Positions 59,640-64,000 of a stretch of DNA of 64,000 nt are shown here, piece after piece. The translations under genes were made by a program, and so were the position numbers. This DNA comes from Schmidtea nova (Eukaryota), in assembly GCA_044892505.1 (NCBI GenBank), contig CM097884.1:5146001-5210000 (forward strand). The letters run 5' to 3'. The notes under the pieces are model-generated. The model saw only the letters and a list, made by a program, of their open reading frames with translations, was not told where the DNA came from and did no database searches. Within the stretch, counting starts at the first letter, position 1, and the number at the start of each line of letters is the position of its first letter.

Positions 59640-61107
59640 CTTCCTCCGTCCCATAATAATAGTAGCACTTGGTGAATTTAATTTGTCCCATAATAACAGT
59701 AGCAAAGGAAAATTATTATCAAAAAATTAGATATAATTAAACAATACATTAAAAATATTACTAGTAATTAGGATTATTATTTTAAGTGTTCAGATAGTTT
59801 CTGCATTTTTCAATAATTTCCTCACTGCATTTTAAACTTGTAGGTAGGATCCCTAGGCTGCGAAGCTTTCCTTTCCCTATATGCGTGAGCTTTAAATTAT
59901 TGGAACCAAGGTTCTACATTGCTTCCACCATAACTTGTTGAAGAGACAGAAACGTATTATATACTATTTCGGAAGCAATATTATGAAATACTGTATTTAC
60001 TGCTTTTATCTATTCATCCGTATAATTGACCGAGACTTTATGCTGTAGTGAGTATATTGAGGTAAAAAACAAGTCCAACACATTAAAGTCGGGACTGTTT
60101 GGTAGCTGTGATTTCATTTGTATTTCCCATCCATCACAAAATCCGTCCTCTAAGAGTAGCGGATCTAAGAGTAGCGGTTTCGCGTTATCCTGTTGAATAA
60201 ATATGCGGTAATATCTTGATCCTCTTGGCCATTTTTTGCGAATTATTGGTATTATATTCTCAAAAAGCATTTTCCGTATCTCTGTACTCATAACAGATTC
60301 TATAGACTTTGTAATAAGTGTTCCTTTTGTTCGGTTCTTACTGTTTCGTTGAGCCGGCGTTCTCGTAACAAATTGCCATATGTCATTTTTTCAGTCGAAA
60401 AAACATTATTTGCGTGGATCCCATCTGGAGCGAGCTACTGCTGCCATAAACATAACCTTTGATATAAATCTCTTACTTTTGCACGTTCCATGAAGAGTTC
60501 CTTTGTCTAAAAGCATATAATAATATCGCTTGCATTTTTTCAAGTAGAACCACTTTTCATCAATATGAATAGAATTCTTAAAATCCATAAACTTTTCATC
60601 CGGATGTACTTTTAACAGGCAAAATTCTACACGATATTTCTTATTCTTTTCTGTAAGAAATGGTTTGATAATGCTTAAAACTCGTTTTATGGCTTTTCCT
60701 TTTTTCAAAATTCTTGTGATGCATCAAGAACTGGACAATCGCAACTCGATCTTTGTTCGAAAACTCCATTTTCTTCCTATTACCGTTACAATGGGTTGAT
60801 ATTCAACCGAAATAAAATAATTGATTTCGATCAGCGGATGAAATATGAAAGAGTTATAATTCGCAATACTAGGTTAGCTAAAACAAATGACAGATGAGTC
60901 AAAACAAATGACAGATGAGTCAAAACAAATGACAGATGAGTCAAAACAAATGACAGATGAGTCAAAACAAATGACAGATGCCATGGAACATTGATTTTGA
61001 TAGAAGGATTCACAAATCTGCACTACAATATAACTTACAGCTACATACGTCAATACTTCCCGATTTAATATTTACTTGCTATTATTATTATTATGGGACG
61101 GAGGTAG
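59640..61107 (-). mobile_element. Stowaway/DD39D (plant-mariner-like) transposon, decayed
   Basis: TIR CT(T/A)CCTCCGTCCCATAATAAT with TA TSD; IHIDEKWFY, KSKRFISKVMFMAAVAR, IFIQQDNAKP, QLPNSPDFNVLDL. Confidence 0.85.
60880..60980. repeat. 21-bp tandem repeat
   Basis: AAAACAAATGACAGATGAGTC x4 plus a partial fifth copy. Confidence 0.95.
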
Positions 61108-64000
61108 TAATATTTTAAATAATCATAACATTTTTATATAAAACGTATTTCTTTATTTTAAAGTTCACTAGAAAACGCTTATTTCAAAATCAAATATTAA
61201 ATAAGATTTATAATGATTTAGTTACTGTAAATTTGATTTTCAAATAGAAATGTACAAGTTAGAAATTCATGATTTGAGACTTCTCCATTTACATGAGTGG
61301 AAATCGAAGAAAATTTCATTTGAGGCGGAAAGGAATATTAATAATGCTTTTGGGAGCGATACAGTTATTGAAAGAACTATTAGGCGTTGGTTTAACAAAT
61401 TTGTTGACAGAGAAATTGATATAAAAAATATGCCTCGTGGTAGACCCAATATCAAGCTGTCGGAGGAATATTTACGTGAAGCTGCTTCTCAAAATTCAAC
61501 AAAATCTCTTCCAGAACTTGCTATAGATCTTTCTGTCTCAAATACAACCGTTCAAGACAATTCAAAGACAATTGGTGTGGTCAAAAAGCTTCAAAAATAG
61601 GTTCCACATGAATTGACTGTATTGCAGAGATTAAGCAGATTACAAACTTGCTTATTTCTTCAAGCACGACATCGAAAGTCATCTTTTCTTAATAATATTA
61701 TTACCTGCGATGAAAAATGGATTCAATATGATAGTCGTAAGCGGTCAGGAGAACGATTGGATAAACATCAATGCCCAAATCAGTTTCCTAAACCCGAACT
61801 TCGTCAAAAAGAAAGTCATGCTCTCAGTCTGGTGGTCTAAGTATGGTGTAATACATTATTGTTTTCTGAAAATAAGTACAACAATCAATTCGGAACGATA
61901 CTGTGTAGAACTAGAAAAAGTGCATGAAAAACTCACCATTAGCAACCCTGTAATTGTTAATACAAAAGGTCTAATTATTCTGCATGATAACGCTAGGGCT
62001 CACGTACCGAAAGTCACTGTAAAAAATTACACGACTTAGGATTTGAAGTTTTACCTCATCCACCTTACTCGCCCAATCTATCACCATCTGATTTTTACTT
62101 ATTTAAACATTTAAGTCTTTATATCAAGGGCAGGAAGTTCAAAGATTTGGAGGAGATAAAATCGACAGTTATCACTTTCTTGGACTTCAGACATGAGACT
62201 TTTTTTAAAGAAAGTATAGAAAAGCTCCCGCAACGATGGTAACAGTGTATTAATGTTGATGGATCATATTTTGATTAAATACTAAATGTTAAAATATATT
62301 TGTACGTCTTTTTAATTATGATCAATTTAGCGGACATTTCATTCCGGACAACCTAATAAATGAGATACATCAAGAATTAGTTTTTTATTTTACTATAGAA
62401 ATTATTTGATTTGATTTAAATTCAAAATATACCGAAAAAATTGGAATGTAAGAGAAAATATTTAATGAACCTTTTCTTATTTTTTGGTCATGCATTAATT
62501 ATACATAAAAACAATTTAATAATATTTTAATTTTGAAAACTCGCAGCTCATGAAAACAAATGTGATCTATGTGAAAATTTGTTACGAATCTCGAATAATT
62601 TAATTAATGAGATTCGCTCGACGGCGCAGAATGTTATGACGACCGCCACAATTGTTTACAAGAATAACATCTAGCACTTCGCCAAAACACAGCAATAGGT
62701 CGGTATGGCTTTAATTAGCCAAATTATGTTTTAATAGCCAAAATATGCTTAGTATTCCGTCCTATGTCTACAATCTTTTTCAATCTATCGCCAAAAGTTA
62801 TTGAAACCTTCAATGTAAACTTCTGTTTTCTTTAAAAAAAATTATCTACATTTTCGACGCTGATGCTCAGTAAAAACTTACTTATGTACTATGAGGATCA
62901 CCGGCAATATCATTATTATATTAATTATATATGTTTGTTTAAATGAGTTGAAATAAAGGTTCTCTTATCAAATAAATCACTTTTAATGCTGGCAACTGGG
63001 TAATAAACTTTACTTATTATGCTGGCATTGAACGTGCTAAAATGAAAAATAGTAAAGAAAACCTGATATTCAAAGATTTTAAAGTTTAAATCAATTTTTA
63101 AAATTATTCTACAAACAACTTTATAATTTGCAGCCTTTATAATTATTAAATATAAATAAATAATGACATTATTAATCAAAATCAATTATAAAAATCAGAA
63201 TAGCAGTTTTAAGTGTCATTGTTGTACTGCCAAAGTTATTGATGAATCAATTTTGACTCACCGATGGACATTTAAAGCACATATTTCTTAAACATTGGTA
63301 AACCATGGTAACAACTAAAGCTCTTCGATGTCAATCAAGTTTCTCTAAAAAGGCAGTTACTAGTAAATTAACGGTTAATCACTTGAGTTTCATGCTAATT
63401 TCATGACCATAAAATATTATTTGATACAATCATCTTATTGGTGATCAGATGCAAATAATAGCAATATGGCATATTAAATTAAAGGGTAACCTCAATCTAG
63501 ATTATATACGCTAAGTAAATTTCAAAGTGTAATCATAAGGAGAATTGGCATCAGCTGCTGATAAAAATTATGCTAAACATCAGTTTCGCTTTAAAACATG
63601 GTTAAATTATTGTCCGACCAAGTCGTTTCCCTACGATTATAGAGCTCTACCAGACGCAATAAAAATATAAACAGACCAAGGTCACAGTGTAATTCAAAAC
63701 TTATATACAAGTTCCATCATCAACGGGCATCAACTGGATCCGGTCTTACAAACGTAACTTAGAAATTATTCCCAGTTGCGCTTTTCATTCTGTTTCCTTC
63801 GACAGAGCTCACAAATGTTTAAGACAGTTGTATTCATCAAGAAAACTGAACGAATTTCCTACAAATACCGCTATACTGAAATATCTTTCATATTGCGATC
63901 GTTTTATCATGACAACTACTTTATAGAACTACGATTCAAATATATCAACAATCTCATTTTTAATAGATACAGGTTTATATTTATCAAGTCTAACTTCGAA

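Larger units (their letters stand above)
59603..62356 (+). mobile_element. Classical mariner (D,D34D-type) with a nested element in its 5' UTR
   Basis: TIR TTA(A/G)GTTGTCCGGAAT(T/G)AAATGTCCG flanked by TA; *VPHEL (WVPHEL with stop), TCDEKW, HDNARAH, HPPYSPNLSPSD; frameshifted. Confidence 0.9.

Noticed and set aside
63230-64000. Coding-like DNA at the window end, possibly a decayed hAT
   Set aside because: No unambiguous motif or terminus within the window.

Overview
This is a very AT-rich eukaryotic (invertebrate-type) scaffold with five N-gaps. Short 44-50 bp introns and the TE mix are compatible with a flatworm such as a planarian, but the species cannot be fixed from sequence alone. Most of the window is nested transposable elements. 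One host gene is clear: the 3' four exons of an SLC17 (sialin/VGLUT-family) MFS transporter on the minus strand (49895-54884). Highlights: (1) A Polinton/Maverick (adintovirus-like) family appears twice. One is a decayed copy with protein-primed PolB, an adjacent highly diverged RNR-R2-like gene and a terminus at 10130. The other is a 7.2-kb non-autonomous derivative (27873-35111) with perfect 64-bp AG..CT TIRs and a 6-bp TSD that splits a hAT transposase in frame; it carries an apparently intact spliced RING E3-ligase gene and elaborate repeat arrays. (2) Penelope-like element pseudo-LTRs carry minimal hammerhead-ribozyme motifs with a U3-A8 core covariation, including a head-to-head palindrome. 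(3) Two Ty3/gypsy elements have ~110-120 bp AG..CT LTRs; one lacks gag. (4) A Stowaway/DD39D plant-type mariner is nested in a classical mariner. Also present are BEL/Pao, Tc1, several hATs, MITEs, solo LTRs, Helitron ends and an RLE (R2/NeSL-type) fragment with a ~64-bp flanking duplication. No rRNA, tRNA or CRISPR array was found. All assignments come from manual translation and motif recognition; no database search was run.
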